From contig PKZN01000084.1 in the NCBI GenBank assembly GCA_003133075.1, positions 36,827 through 78,166 on the forward strand: a stretch of DNA of 41,340 nt. Reading direction: 5' to 3'. Shown here one piece after another: positions 8,217 through 16,528 of the stretch. Under the pieces are notes generated by a model. It worked only from the letters and a program-made list of their open reading frames with translations. It did not search any database and had not been told where the DNA came from. Numbering within the stretch: the first letter of the stretch is position 1; each line of letters opens with the position of its first letter. The position numbers and the translations under genes are program-made. Origin of the DNA: Acidimicrobiaceae bacterium (GTDB lineage Bacteria > Actinomycetota > Acidimicrobiia > Acidimicrobiales > RAAP-2).

Positions 8217-9845
8217 GTGCTTCGTCGCCGCCACTTGGGACGCGTCAGTTTCGTTGAGGCGAATGACTTACAACGCGCGTTACTCCAAGCCAGTGACGAC
8301 TACGTCTTGCTCTTCGAGCACCCGCCGACCTACACCCGAGGCGTACGGACGCTCGAGGAGAACTTCCTCGTTCCGCCCTCGACCCTTCAGGCGGTCGTGG
8401 TCGACGCGGACCGCGGTGGCGACGTCACCTACCACGCGCCCGGACAAGTTGTGGCCTGGGCGATCGTGAACGTCACGGACGATCCCGCTGCGGGCAAGGC
8501 GCACGTTCGACGACTCGAGGACGCGGTCATCGCCACCGTTCGACGCACCGACCCCGACGGCCGTCTCGGCGACGTAGGACGCCTCGAGGGCTACCCCGGT
8601 GTCTGGGCCGATCTCGCGCGCGTGCCAAAGAAGATTGCGGCCATTGGGGTACGCACCGAGCGCAACGACGCGGGCCAGCGACGTACCCTCCACGGCGTCG
8701 CGCTCAACGTCGAGATCGACCTTTCGGGCTTCTCCTTCATCGTTCCCTGCGGTATACCCGACAAGCCCGTCGCGTCGCTTCGCTCACTGGGCCTCTCGGT
8801 GACGGCGCTCGAAGTAGAGAACATCTTGGGCGAGGAGCTCGATCGCGTGCTCGGCAGCGACGTGCGAGTAGCGCGCGTGGACCGCAGCGCCGCGACGACT
8901 TCAGACGAGCGGCCGCTCATCCGACGTTTGCGTAAGGCCGGTGTCGATCCCGACGCGGGGCTCTCGATCAACACGCGTAAGCCCGAATGGCTCCGCATCG
9001 AGGCGCACATGGGTGCGGAGTATCAGTCGCTGCGAAAATTGACCGAAGACCTTCGACTGGTGACGGTCTGTGAGGAAGCGGGCTGCCCCAACATCTTCGA
9101 GTGCTGGTCGGCCGGTACGGCGACGTTCATGGTGAATGGAGAACGGTGCACGAGAGCGTGTGGATTCTGTCTTGTCGACACGCGCAAGCCAATGCCCCTG
9201 GATCCGAGTGAACCGGAACGAGTCGCCGAAGCCGTCGTTCGACTGAAGTTAGCCCACGCGGTGATTACGTGTGTCGCGCGTGACGATCTCGCCGATGGCG
9301 GTGCGGGCGCCATCGCCGCCTGCGTGCGCGCAATCCGAGCGCGCGCGCCGGGCACCGACGTCGAAGTCCTCACGAGTGACCTCAAAGGAGACCCCGACGC
9401 GCTGCAGTTGATCATTGACGAGCGGCCCGACGTGTTAAATCACAACATCGAAACGGTGGCGCGCCTACAACGAGCCGTCCGACCGAGTGCGGGTTACCTT
9501 CGGTCGTTGACTGTCTTAGCGCGGAGCGCGCGCGCCGGACTCACTACCAAATCTGGCCTCATGGTCGGACTCGGTGAGACTGCCGATGAGGTGGAAGAGA
9601 CTTTGGCGGACCTCTCAGCAGTCGGCGTGCAAATCGCGACCATTGGTCAGTACTTACGACCTACCGAGCGGCACTTGCCAGTCGCACGATTTTGGGAACC
9701 TTCGGAGTTCATCGATCTCGCGGAACGAGGAAAGCGATTAGGACTACGACACGTACAGTCTTCGCCGCTCACTCGATCCAGCTATCACGCTCGAGAAGCA
9801 CTGAGCGACGCCACGCCAGTTGCAGCACCGGCACTCCGTCACTGA
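8217..9845 (+). CDS. lipA: Fused octanoyltransferase (LipB) and lipoyl synthase (LipA)
   Basis: LipB motifs EHPPTYTRG, DRGGDVTYH, KIAAIG, HGVALN, IVPCG are in one frame with LipA motifs RKPEWL, CEEAGCPNIFEC, CTRACGFC, RSSYHA. Confidence 0.93.
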   Translation: MLRRRHLGRVSFVEANDLQRALLQASDDYVLLFEHPPTYTRGVRTLEENFLVPPSTLQAVVVDADRGGDVTYHAPGQVVAWAIVNVTDDPAAGKAHVRRLEDAVIATVRRTDPDGRLGDVGRLEGYPGVWADLARVPKKIAAIGVRTERNDAGQRRTLHGVALNVEIDLSGFSFIVPCGIPDKPVASLRSLGLSVTALEVENILGEELDRVLGSDVRVARVDRSAATTSDERPLIRRLRKAGVDPDAGLSINTRKPEWLRIEAHMGAEYQSLRKLTEDLRLVTVCEEAGCPNIFECWSAGTATFMVNGERCTRACGFCLVDTRKPMPLDPSEPERVAEAVVRLKLAHAVITCVARDDLADGGAGAIAACVRAIRARAPGTDVEVLTSDLKGDPDALQLIIDERPDVLNHNIETVARLQRAVRPSAGYLRSLTVLARSARAGLTTKSGLMVGLGETADEVEETLADLSAVGVQIATIGQYLRPTERHLPVARFWEPSEFIDLAERGKRLGLRHVQSSPLTRSSYHAREALSDATPVAAPALRH

Positions 9846-9854
9846 CGACGTGTG

Positions 9855-9876
9855 AGTTTAAGTCGGGCCTCCGACA
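9855..9876 (-). promoter_or_regulatory. PafBC-type promoter motif (TGTCGG-N10-TAnnnT), antisense to lipA
   Basis: Minus strand reads TGTCGG AGGCCCGACT TAAACT, matching the mycobacterial consensus spacing. Confidence 0.45.
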
Positions 9877-9983
9877 CAGTTTGCGACCTCGTTAGAGAAA
9901 GCTTCCATTGAATTTCGCGTCTCCGCGGCCGAACTAGTCATAGCGGTGAAGTCCTGACGCTGGCGTGGTCATAGATTGAGGAC

Positions 9984-10307
9984 GTGGCAGTAGCACTTAC
10001 GTCCGAGCAGTTTCTCGAATCTCCGGGAGTGGGGGAGTGGGGCGTGACGGGGAACGCCGCGACAGCTACGTATTCGACGGGCTCATTTGCCCGAGGCGTC
10101 AAATTCATCGACGTCATTGGATCACTCGCCGACGCGGCTAATCATCATCCTGACGTTGATCTTCGGTATTCGTTCGTCACGATACGACTCACCACCCACG
10201 ACGTTCGTGCATTGAGTGAGCTGGATGTCAATCTTGCGCGTCAAATCTCCGAGGCGGCGCGCGAACTTGGAATCGTCGCGAACGGCGCCACCGCACAGAC
10301 CGAATAG
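9984..10307 (+). CDS. Pterin-4a-carbinolamine dehydratase family protein
   Basis: ANHHPDVDLRY, LTTHD, LSELDVNLARQIS. Confidence 0.9.
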   Translation: MAVALTSEQFLESPGVGEWGVTGNAATATYSTGSFARGVKFIDVIGSLADAANHHPDVDLRYSFVTIRLTTHDVRALSELDVNLARQISEAARELGIVANGATAQTE

Positions 10308-10573
10308 ACCAATCCCGGTACGTGGGTTCTCGAAGCGAATAGTCTCCAACAGATCTTCCCAAGCAAGGTGCATCGCGCGAGTCGCCGTGTTTCAGAGATG
10401 GTGGCTCATTTTCCCGCACCCCATCAGACATCAATATCATCACCAACCTTGACGCGGCTTACTCGAGGCGCCACTGTAGGCTCGCATTCCGGTTACGCCG
10501 GGTCTCTAATAATGATGGTTGCCGTGTTGTCACTCGGAGGCGCAAAGATACCGATCCGTCTTATGATCGAGCC

Positions 10574-10885
10574 ATGCACCATGATTGGGTGGACGGAGTA
10601 GTTCGAGAATACGACGACCGTGAAGGTTTCGGTGTCATCGATTCGCTTGACACACCTGAAGGATGTTGGTTCCACTTTTCGATGATTGAGGTCCCCGGTC
10701 ATAAGACTCTGCTCGCTGACCAACTGGTTCGCTTCACTTTCGACAGCGAAGTGAAGCAGGACGGTTTTGTGTTCCGAGCCGTGCAAGTGCGGCCGTCTAG
10801 CCGAAGCACAAACCTTTCGTGCAAGAAGTCTTCAGTGCACGACGGACGATTCCTCACGTCGGGTCTCCGACATCCTGTGGACTAG
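10574..10885 (+). CDS. Cold-shock-domain protein
   Basis: GVVREYDDREGFGVI (RNP1-like), WFHFSMI (RNP2-like), QDGFVFRAVQVRP. The last ~29 aa look like a non-conserved extension. Confidence 0.8.
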   Translation: MHHDWVDGVVREYDDREGFGVIDSLDTPEGCWFHFSMIEVPGHKTLLADQLVRFTFDSEVKQDGFVFRAVQVRPSSRSTNLSCKKSSVHDGRFLTSGLRHPVD

Positions 10886-10973
10886 ATCCCGATCAGTGAA
10901 ACAGAGTTTGAGGTGATGAGACCCATTTGCGTTGAAAGAAGATCCTCGTATCCGTTGGGTGATGTCCAACGCC

Positions 10974-11984
10974 TTAGCGGTCCAAGAGTGTTTCGATGAC
11001 CGACCTATCTGATGCCTGGCGTTGGGAGTCGCTCGATGCATCAACACCAACGCCGCCACCGACTCGCCCAGTGAGCGCGGGTGCCCCTAAAGGTTCTGGA
11101 TCGTCGAACACGTCGTGGAGCCAAAGGGTACGCTCGCTGCCCCAGTAGCGCATCATCGTGGCGCCTCCGTTGGGCAGGTCGCTGATATATCCCTCTGAGG
11201 TCAGAAACCCTGCCCAACTGAGATGCACCCCATCAAAGTCAGCCGCTACGCCCTCCCAGTCGGGCAGCACGTGAACCGCGATCTCGGTTCTTACTGCGTG
11301 TTGGGTAGCGACAGCTCTCAGCATCTGGGTGTCGGACCGATGTTGATTAGGACCGGGCAACTCCCAGCCAGCGTGTGGTTCTGTGGCCACTTTCGGATAG
11401 GTCTCGACCAAGCGTGACCAGTCTTCGGGTGCGTTGATATTCCAGACGCGCGCGTCGGGGCGGACGGGAAGTAGCCAGCGCGAGGTGGGTCGACCGGAAA
11501 AGTCCCACGCTGAAATGAGGGCGTCGTGCACGTCGGGTGGCGGTTCGGTGACGGTCCACAGTCCACTCCACGTGAACTCACCGTTGCCGTACACGTTCGA
11601 GTAGTTGGTGAAGCAGGGGGGCGCAAGATGGGCTGAATCATGTGGGTCTTCGTGCCACCACTGCTGTGCGCCAAAGTCCGCGTCGCGGTGGAGTTCTGCG
11701 TGGAACCTTTCGGACACCGCCTCGGCTATCTGGCGACGATGCCCTGCCTGCTCATACAGGTAAGGGAGGGACAAGAGTGCTTGGCCGCTCCACGGTCCAG
11801 CCAGAAATTCGGCAGAGTAGACAGCCATTTCGAGCAGTTTTCCGTATGGCATTTCCCAGATCGATGACGCCGCACGCTGAACCGCGTCCAGGTTTGAGTC
11901 TCGTGGCAAACCAAACCTAGGAATGTCATCGCGTTGCGTGACCTCCAAGCGAGCCAAGAGTGCGACGCCGGCGGGTGCTCGCAC
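10974..11984 (-). CDS. Hypothetical Trp-rich protein, possibly ADP-ribosyltransferase/RES-like fold
   Basis: 336-aa ORF with GLWTVT, ARVWNI, PDWEGVAADFDGVHLS, WGSERTLWL. Start codon uncertain. Confidence 0.7.
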   Translation of the reverse strand: MRAPAGVALLARLEVTQRDDIPRFGLPRDSNLDAVQRAASSIWEMPYGKLLEMAVYSAEFLAGPWSGQALLSLPYLYEQAGHRRQIAEAVSERFHAELHRDADFGAQQWWHEDPHDSAHLAPPCFTNYSNVYGNGEFTWSGLWTVTEPPPDVHDALISAWDFSGRPTSRWLLPVRPDARVWNINAPEDWSRLVETYPKVATEPHAGWELPGPNQHRSDTQMLRAVATQHAVRTEIAVHVLPDWEGVAADFDGVHLSWAGFLTSEGYISDLPNGGATMMRYWGSERTLWLHDVFDDPEPLGAPALTGRVGGGVGVDASSDSQRQASDRSVIETLLDR

Positions 11985-12409
11985 GAGGTTCTCCGCGAGA
12001 GATGATGGAGGTGCGGCCGAGATTTCACCAACTTACTAAAGGCGCTCGTTGTACGTTCTACGAGATCGAAGTATTGAACGATCGTGCAACAATTGTGAGG
12101 AGACGTGGCACGACGACGGCCGTCATCGGGGTCATTCACGCCGCGAGCGGAAGGCTGCAGATCTGTTGCCTCCAAGGTGCGATCCCTTCAACCATCGGGC
12201 GATGACGAATCGACTCGTATTCTTATCCTGCTCGACGAACCCGCGGGACCAGCCGCTGCTATTGGCGACATGTTCCAAAGAGAGATGGGAACGGAATGGT
12301 CGGGTCGCATTCATGTTATTTTCGGGAAATGCAGAAGAGTCAACGACTGTGAATTGAGGTTGTTGTACGTGGCAACGCACCATTCGATCCACAAGCGAGG
12401 GTGAAAGGC

Positions 12410-13030
12410 ATGACAGGTTATTCGGTCGCTTCAACGTCAATCCCGCGCACTCGAAGCCGTCTCGTTGGTCCTCGACTGCGACGCAGCGCACTCGCACTTC
12501 TCGCTGCAACCGGCAGTGCCTCGGTGCTTTCGGGGTTTGTCCTCGTTCCGTCAGTATCGGCCGCGCACTTGAAAGCGCATTCGTCGAATTCGAGTGCGTC
12601 TGCGTTCTGCGCGAAGATGCCGGCGTCGAAGGTCTCCTCGATCGTGGGTTCGACGGTGACGCTTGGTGAGGCGGTGGTCCAGGGTGCGATTCTTGTCTGC
12701 CTATACGACGGCTCCCCCACGACCGTCACCCTTGAGAAGGAGACCGGCATGGCGGCCTCGGGACTTTCCTCTCTACAAAAAGCCGAAGCGGGACATAAGA
12801 AACTGTTCTACGCCAGCCAGCCCAATCCCCTCCCGAAGGGAACGACGATTAGTTTTTCACCTCTGGCGGCGCTTGGCTCAAACGCCTTCTATTGGACTGG
12901 CGTGATCGAAGGCACTCGCTACAGCGGCGCGGACGCATTCAAGGGGACAACTGGCTACTTCACCGAGATGCACAGCCCGCTGGATCAATCAAAGGTGAAG
13001 CAACTCGAGCAACTCGTTCTCTCAGCCTGA
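12410..13030 (+). CDS. Secreted hypothetical protein (signal peptide, one Cys pair)
   Basis: Basic N-region (RLRRSAL), hydrophobic stretch, VSA/A cleavage site, FC...LVCLY. Confidence 0.7.
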   Translation: MTGYSVASTSIPRTRSRLVGPRLRRSALALLAATGSASVLSGFVLVPSVSAAHLKAHSSNSSASAFCAKMPASKVSSIVGSTVTLGEAVVQGAILVCLYDGSPTTVTLEKETGMAASGLSSLQKAEAGHKKLFYASQPNPLPKGTTISFSPLAALGSNAFYWTGVIEGTRYSGADAFKGTTGYFTEMHSPLDQSKVKQLEQLVLSA

Positions 13031-13063
13031 TATTCTCGGCAATTCGCCCTCGCCAACGCCGAA

Positions 13064-13231
13064 TCACCGACGCTTCAGAAAGACCAAATAGAGCGCGCCG
13101 AACACGAGGACAATTCCGACGTTGACTATCAATCGCTCGAACGTGTGGTGCCGGAGGAACAGAATGTCCACGCTGACGACGACGGCCACGAGCGCGAGAA
13201 CGTAGAACACGATCTCGGTCTTTGATTCCAT
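13064..13231 (-). CDS. Small two-TM membrane protein, 55 aa
   Basis: Below the ORF-track cutoff. MESKTEIVFYVLALVAVVVSVDILFLRHHTFERLIVNVGIVLVFGALYLVFLKRR. TAGGAT -10 box 6 nt upstream of the ATG. Confidence 0.8.
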   Translation of the reverse strand: MESKTEIVFYVLALVAVVVSVDILFLRHHTFERLIVNVGIVLVFGALYLVFLKRR

Positions 13232-13379
13232 GAATTCATCCTATGAAGGCATCAGCGCGCCAACGAAGCCCGCACCACAGATACGTGAGTCAATGGGTCT
13301 TGCGGTGAGCGGACGTTCTCGTAACTCCGGTTTCTAAAGGGCTCAAACGGCCAGTTGCTCGTCATTGCGCCTTCGATGA

Positions 13380-14048
13380 TCAAGCGGCGAAGGACTTCCA
13401 GTGTCCTTCGGAGACGACCTCGACCGCGCCGTCGACAACTTTGATGGCCGTCTGATCGTCAATCGCGTAGCAAGGCACTGACATGCCGGCCGCCCATCGC
13501 TCGGCGTCGGCCACGGTGTTCTCTGGGAGGTCTTCGTGGTCGAGGTGCGGGAATATTGAAAAATTCACCACGCCCAGAGTTGTGTCGCCTCCGGTGGGTG
13601 GCGTCCACCGAACGAAGTCGTCGCCGATGTTGGGCGTCATCACCATGCTCCCAGCACTCAGCCCCACGTAGACCGTATTGTCGAGCCTGGAAACAAGGTT
13701 CGCCAATCCGGACTCGAGCATCCAGTGGCCCAGAAACAGGGCGTCACCTCCGTCCACCAACAGGACGTCGACTGATTCCACCATGGGCACCCAGGACTCT
13801 GCGTCGATGCTTCGTAACGCGGTGAGCTCGAGTACTCCCAACGACTTCCAGCCACGTTCGCGCATGGGACAGCGGGGCTCGAGACCGCAGATGGTGCGCC
13901 ACGCCCTGATTGCGCCGCCGGGATTGGCCCACTGCGCGGTTGGAATGATGAGGGCGTCGCACTCGGCGATCGGTTTGCCGAGAAGTTCGACGAGCGCGTC
14001 ATGAATACTCGGGTTCTTGATGCCTGCGGAAGTGAGAAGTAACGTCAC
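13380..14048 (-). CDS. Peptidase S51 (dipeptidase E-like, class I glutamine amidotransferase fold)
   Basis: LLLTSAG, IPTA, LVDGGD, YVGLSAGS nucleophile, FPH, YAIDD. Confidence 0.9.
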   Translation of the reverse strand: MTLLLTSAGIKNPSIHDALVELLGKPIAECDALIIPTAQWANPGGAIRAWRTICGLEPRCPMRERGWKSLGVLELTALRSIDAESWVPMVESVDVLLVDGGDALFLGHWMLESGLANLVSRLDNTVYVGLSAGSMVMTPNIGDDFVRWTPPTGGDTTLGVVNFSIFPHLDHEDLPENTVADAERWAAGMSVPCYAIDDQTAIKVVDGAVEVVSEGHWKSFAA

Positions 14049-14163
14049 GGTGCCTCACTCAATCGTGGTGTCGAGTTGCGCCAGAACACTCGCCCCAAGC
14101 CCTGGCAATCGAGTGCAGCGAACCCAGTGCGTCGCGTTGCGAGGCGACACTAGGTTTTATCAG

Positions 14164-15024
14164 ATGGCAATGGGATCAGGGCTTGAGCGCCTTGGCGGCT
14201 ATCCGTTTGAAGTTCGTTGCAGTCCCGGCTCAGAGCTGCGAGCCCGGGCGTCGGCCGACGTCGCCGCGGAGGCCTACCGCTACTTGAGTCCCTTGTTGTC
14301 GAGTGTCGAGCCCGACATCGCCATCATCGTGGCCGCCGAAGCGGACTGGGAAAGTCGCCAGCCTTACGGTCTGCCGTACTTCAACGATGGGGAAGATCAG
14401 ATCCGTCCCGGCATCCTGGTGATGCCCGCCACGCGCGGTGACTTCTGGATCGCGATGGGGGAGGACCTTCGAGAAGCGACGCCGAGCGGTTACGCGAGGT
14501 TGCGCGCGGTGTACCCTGACGGCGCTGGCGGCCTCGACTTACAGCCATTCTTCGACCTCGTGACCATCCACGAACTCGGCCACGCGTTCGAAGTGCTCGG
14601 GGATCTCCGACTGCCGACCTTCTGGCTGGGCGAGATCTTCGCGAACCTGGCCCTCCACGCCTTCGTCGCAACGCGACAGCCGGAGAGTCTCGACACGCTG
14701 GAAGTACTCTCCACGGTGGGATCGCAGAGTCGACGTCTGGACGCGCGAATGCGCGCGGAGGGTTACACCTCGCTGGAGGACCTCGAAGTCCATTACACCG
14801 GCGGTGACAACCCCATGAGTCCGCTGAACTACGTGTGGTACCAGTATCGGTGGCAGCGACTCGCCGCCGGGGTGTTCGACGCCGATGGTGAGGACGCCCT
14901 ACGCCGCTTTTGGGACTGTTTTCGCGCTCGCGACGTCCTCGAGGTGGCCGCGGCGTCCCTCGCCACACTGCTGCGAGCCGAGGTGAGCGAGACCCTGGGC
15001 CGAGGAGTTGAGAACTGGCGATGA
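14164..15024 (+). CDS. Putative gluzincin-type zinc metallopeptidase
   Basis: HELGH followed by WLGEIFAN (candidate third zinc ligand). TAGGTT 7 nt upstream of ATG 14164. Confidence 0.72.
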   Translation: MAMGSGLERLGGYPFEVRCSPGSELRARASADVAAEAYRYLSPLLSSVEPDIAIIVAAEADWESRQPYGLPYFNDGEDQIRPGILVMPATRGDFWIAMGEDLREATPSGYARLRAVYPDGAGGLDLQPFFDLVTIHELGHAFEVLGDLRLPTFWLGEIFANLALHAFVATRQPESLDTLEVLSTVGSQSRRLDARMRAEGYTSLEDLEVHYTGGDNPMSPLNYVWYQYRWQRLAAGVFDADGEDALRRFWDCFRARDVLEVAAASLATLLRAEVSETLGRGVENWR

Positions 15025-15135
15025 GCCGAGCTTCGAGGTGAGGTGTACGGCCGCGGCGTCGACGATTCGGATCTCCGCATGGGCCGCGATGCGTGATGTC
15101 GCGACAGTGCCCGCATCCACGTACTATCCGCTGTC

Positions 15136-15909
15136 GTGACTCTCAGTTCTCTTGACGGCGCTCGATCGCTCGTGGCGACATCGTCGTCGGTGGTCGTGAT
15201 CACGGGGGCGGGTGTATCGACTGCATCGGGGATCCCCGATTTTCGCGGTCCCGAAGGCGTCTGGACCAAGGATCCCGCCGCTGAGCGGCTCGCCAATATT
15301 GAGGCGTACGTCGAATCGCCGGAACTTCGGATGACGGTCTGGCAGCGGCGGCTCGCCAATCGGGACGTGCCGGTGCAACCGAATCCGGCCCACTTCGCCC
15401 TCGCGGCGTTCGAGCGAACCGGCAAACTGACCGCGCTTGTCACCCAAAACATCGACGGACTGCATCTGTCGGCTGGTTCCAACCCGGCGCTCGTCATCGA
15501 GGTGCACGGCAACTCGCGGATGACGAAGTGCCTACGCTGCGGCGCAGAGTCGCCGACCGCCGCGATACTTGAGCGAGTGGCCGCGGGCGAACTTGATCCC
15601 CACTGCCACGTTCTCACCGCTGGCCACGAGTGCGGCGGCATACTCAAGACTGCTGTCGTGAGTTTCGGTCAACCGCTCCCCAACGAGGAGTTTGCCCGCG
15701 CCGAGTATCTGGCGAAGACCTGCGACCTGTTGATCTGTGTCGGATCGACCCTGATGGTGCGACCACTCTCGGGGCTCGTCCCCAAGGCGGTCGATCGCGG
15801 CGCACGACTGATCATCGTGAACGCCGAACCCACGCCGTACGACGACGATGCGGAGTTCGTTATCCGTGACGACATACCTTCCGTGCTCGGATACTTGCTC
15901 GGAGTGTGA
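15136..15909 (+). CDS. cobB: NAD-dependent protein deacylase (sirtuin)
   Basis: TGAGVSTASGIPDFRG, TQNIDGLH, EVHG, CLRC...HC...EC zinc site, VGST, VN. Confidence 0.93.
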   Translation: MTLSSLDGARSLVATSSSVVVITGAGVSTASGIPDFRGPEGVWTKDPAAERLANIEAYVESPELRMTVWQRRLANRDVPVQPNPAHFALAAFERTGKLTALVTQNIDGLHLSAGSNPALVIEVHGNSRMTKCLRCGAESPTAAILERVAAGELDPHCHVLTAGHECGGILKTAVVSFGQPLPNEEFARAEYLAKTCDLLICVGSTLMVRPLSGLVPKAVDRGARLIIVNAEPTPYDDDAEFVIRDDIPSVLGYLLGV

Positions 15910-16033
15910 CGAGACAACGCCGAGTACCTTCGGCGTGTGCCGCCGTCGACTCATCGCGGCACTAGCGCGTCGATATCACAGTCCTCTCGAAGCGATCCCG
16001 CCGTGCGCGGGACTGCGACGTGTGCGGAGGGAG

Positions 16034-16279
16034 CTAGAGAATCCCGGCGACCGGGTGGACTTCACCACACGGCACACCGAGCGCTTCGTGGTGGCTCCGA
16101 ACCGCGTCGGCATCGGGTGCTTCTAGGAGGCAGTAGACCTTGCCGTCCGCGTTGTGGAAGAGCTCCACTTGTCGTACGCCGAATTGGTCGGCTTTATGTT
16201 CCTTCGCTTCTTGGGTAATTTGTGCGATCGCGTCGTCCGGTAGCTTCAAGTCATCGTGGAAATCCATGAACTGCGGCAT
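16034..16279 (-). CDS. DUF4242 / SCO4226-like small putative nickel-binding protein
   Basis: MPQFMDFH...GKVYCLLEAPDADAVRSHH. RBS GAGGAGGGGG upstream of ATG 16279. Confidence 0.8.
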   Translation of the reverse strand: MPQFMDFHDDLKLPDDAIAQITQEAKEHKADQFGVRQVELFHNADGKVYCLLEAPDADAVRSHHEALGVPCGEVHPVAGIL

Positions 16280-16528
16280 TTTCCCCCTCCTCAGGTCCTC
16301 ATGGGCTCTTTCGCAGAGCCACGTTGGTGTCCGTGAAAATAGCGCACGTTCGGCTCGTCTGCAATCGAAGCCACTTTGTTGAGAATCGTCGCCAATGGCC
16401 GTGTCCATGATCGTGCACCCCGGGAATGAACATGACTCCAACACGTCGTTTCGCTGTGCTCGACGTTGAAGGTCCGTGGAGGGCGCTCGGATACGACGGT
16501 GAATCTGGTTACCGCGATACAGGCGGCG

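Noticed and set aside
9846-16528. Integron cassette array or prophage
   Set aside because: No integrase, no convincing attC pairs, mixed gene orientation and no phage genes.
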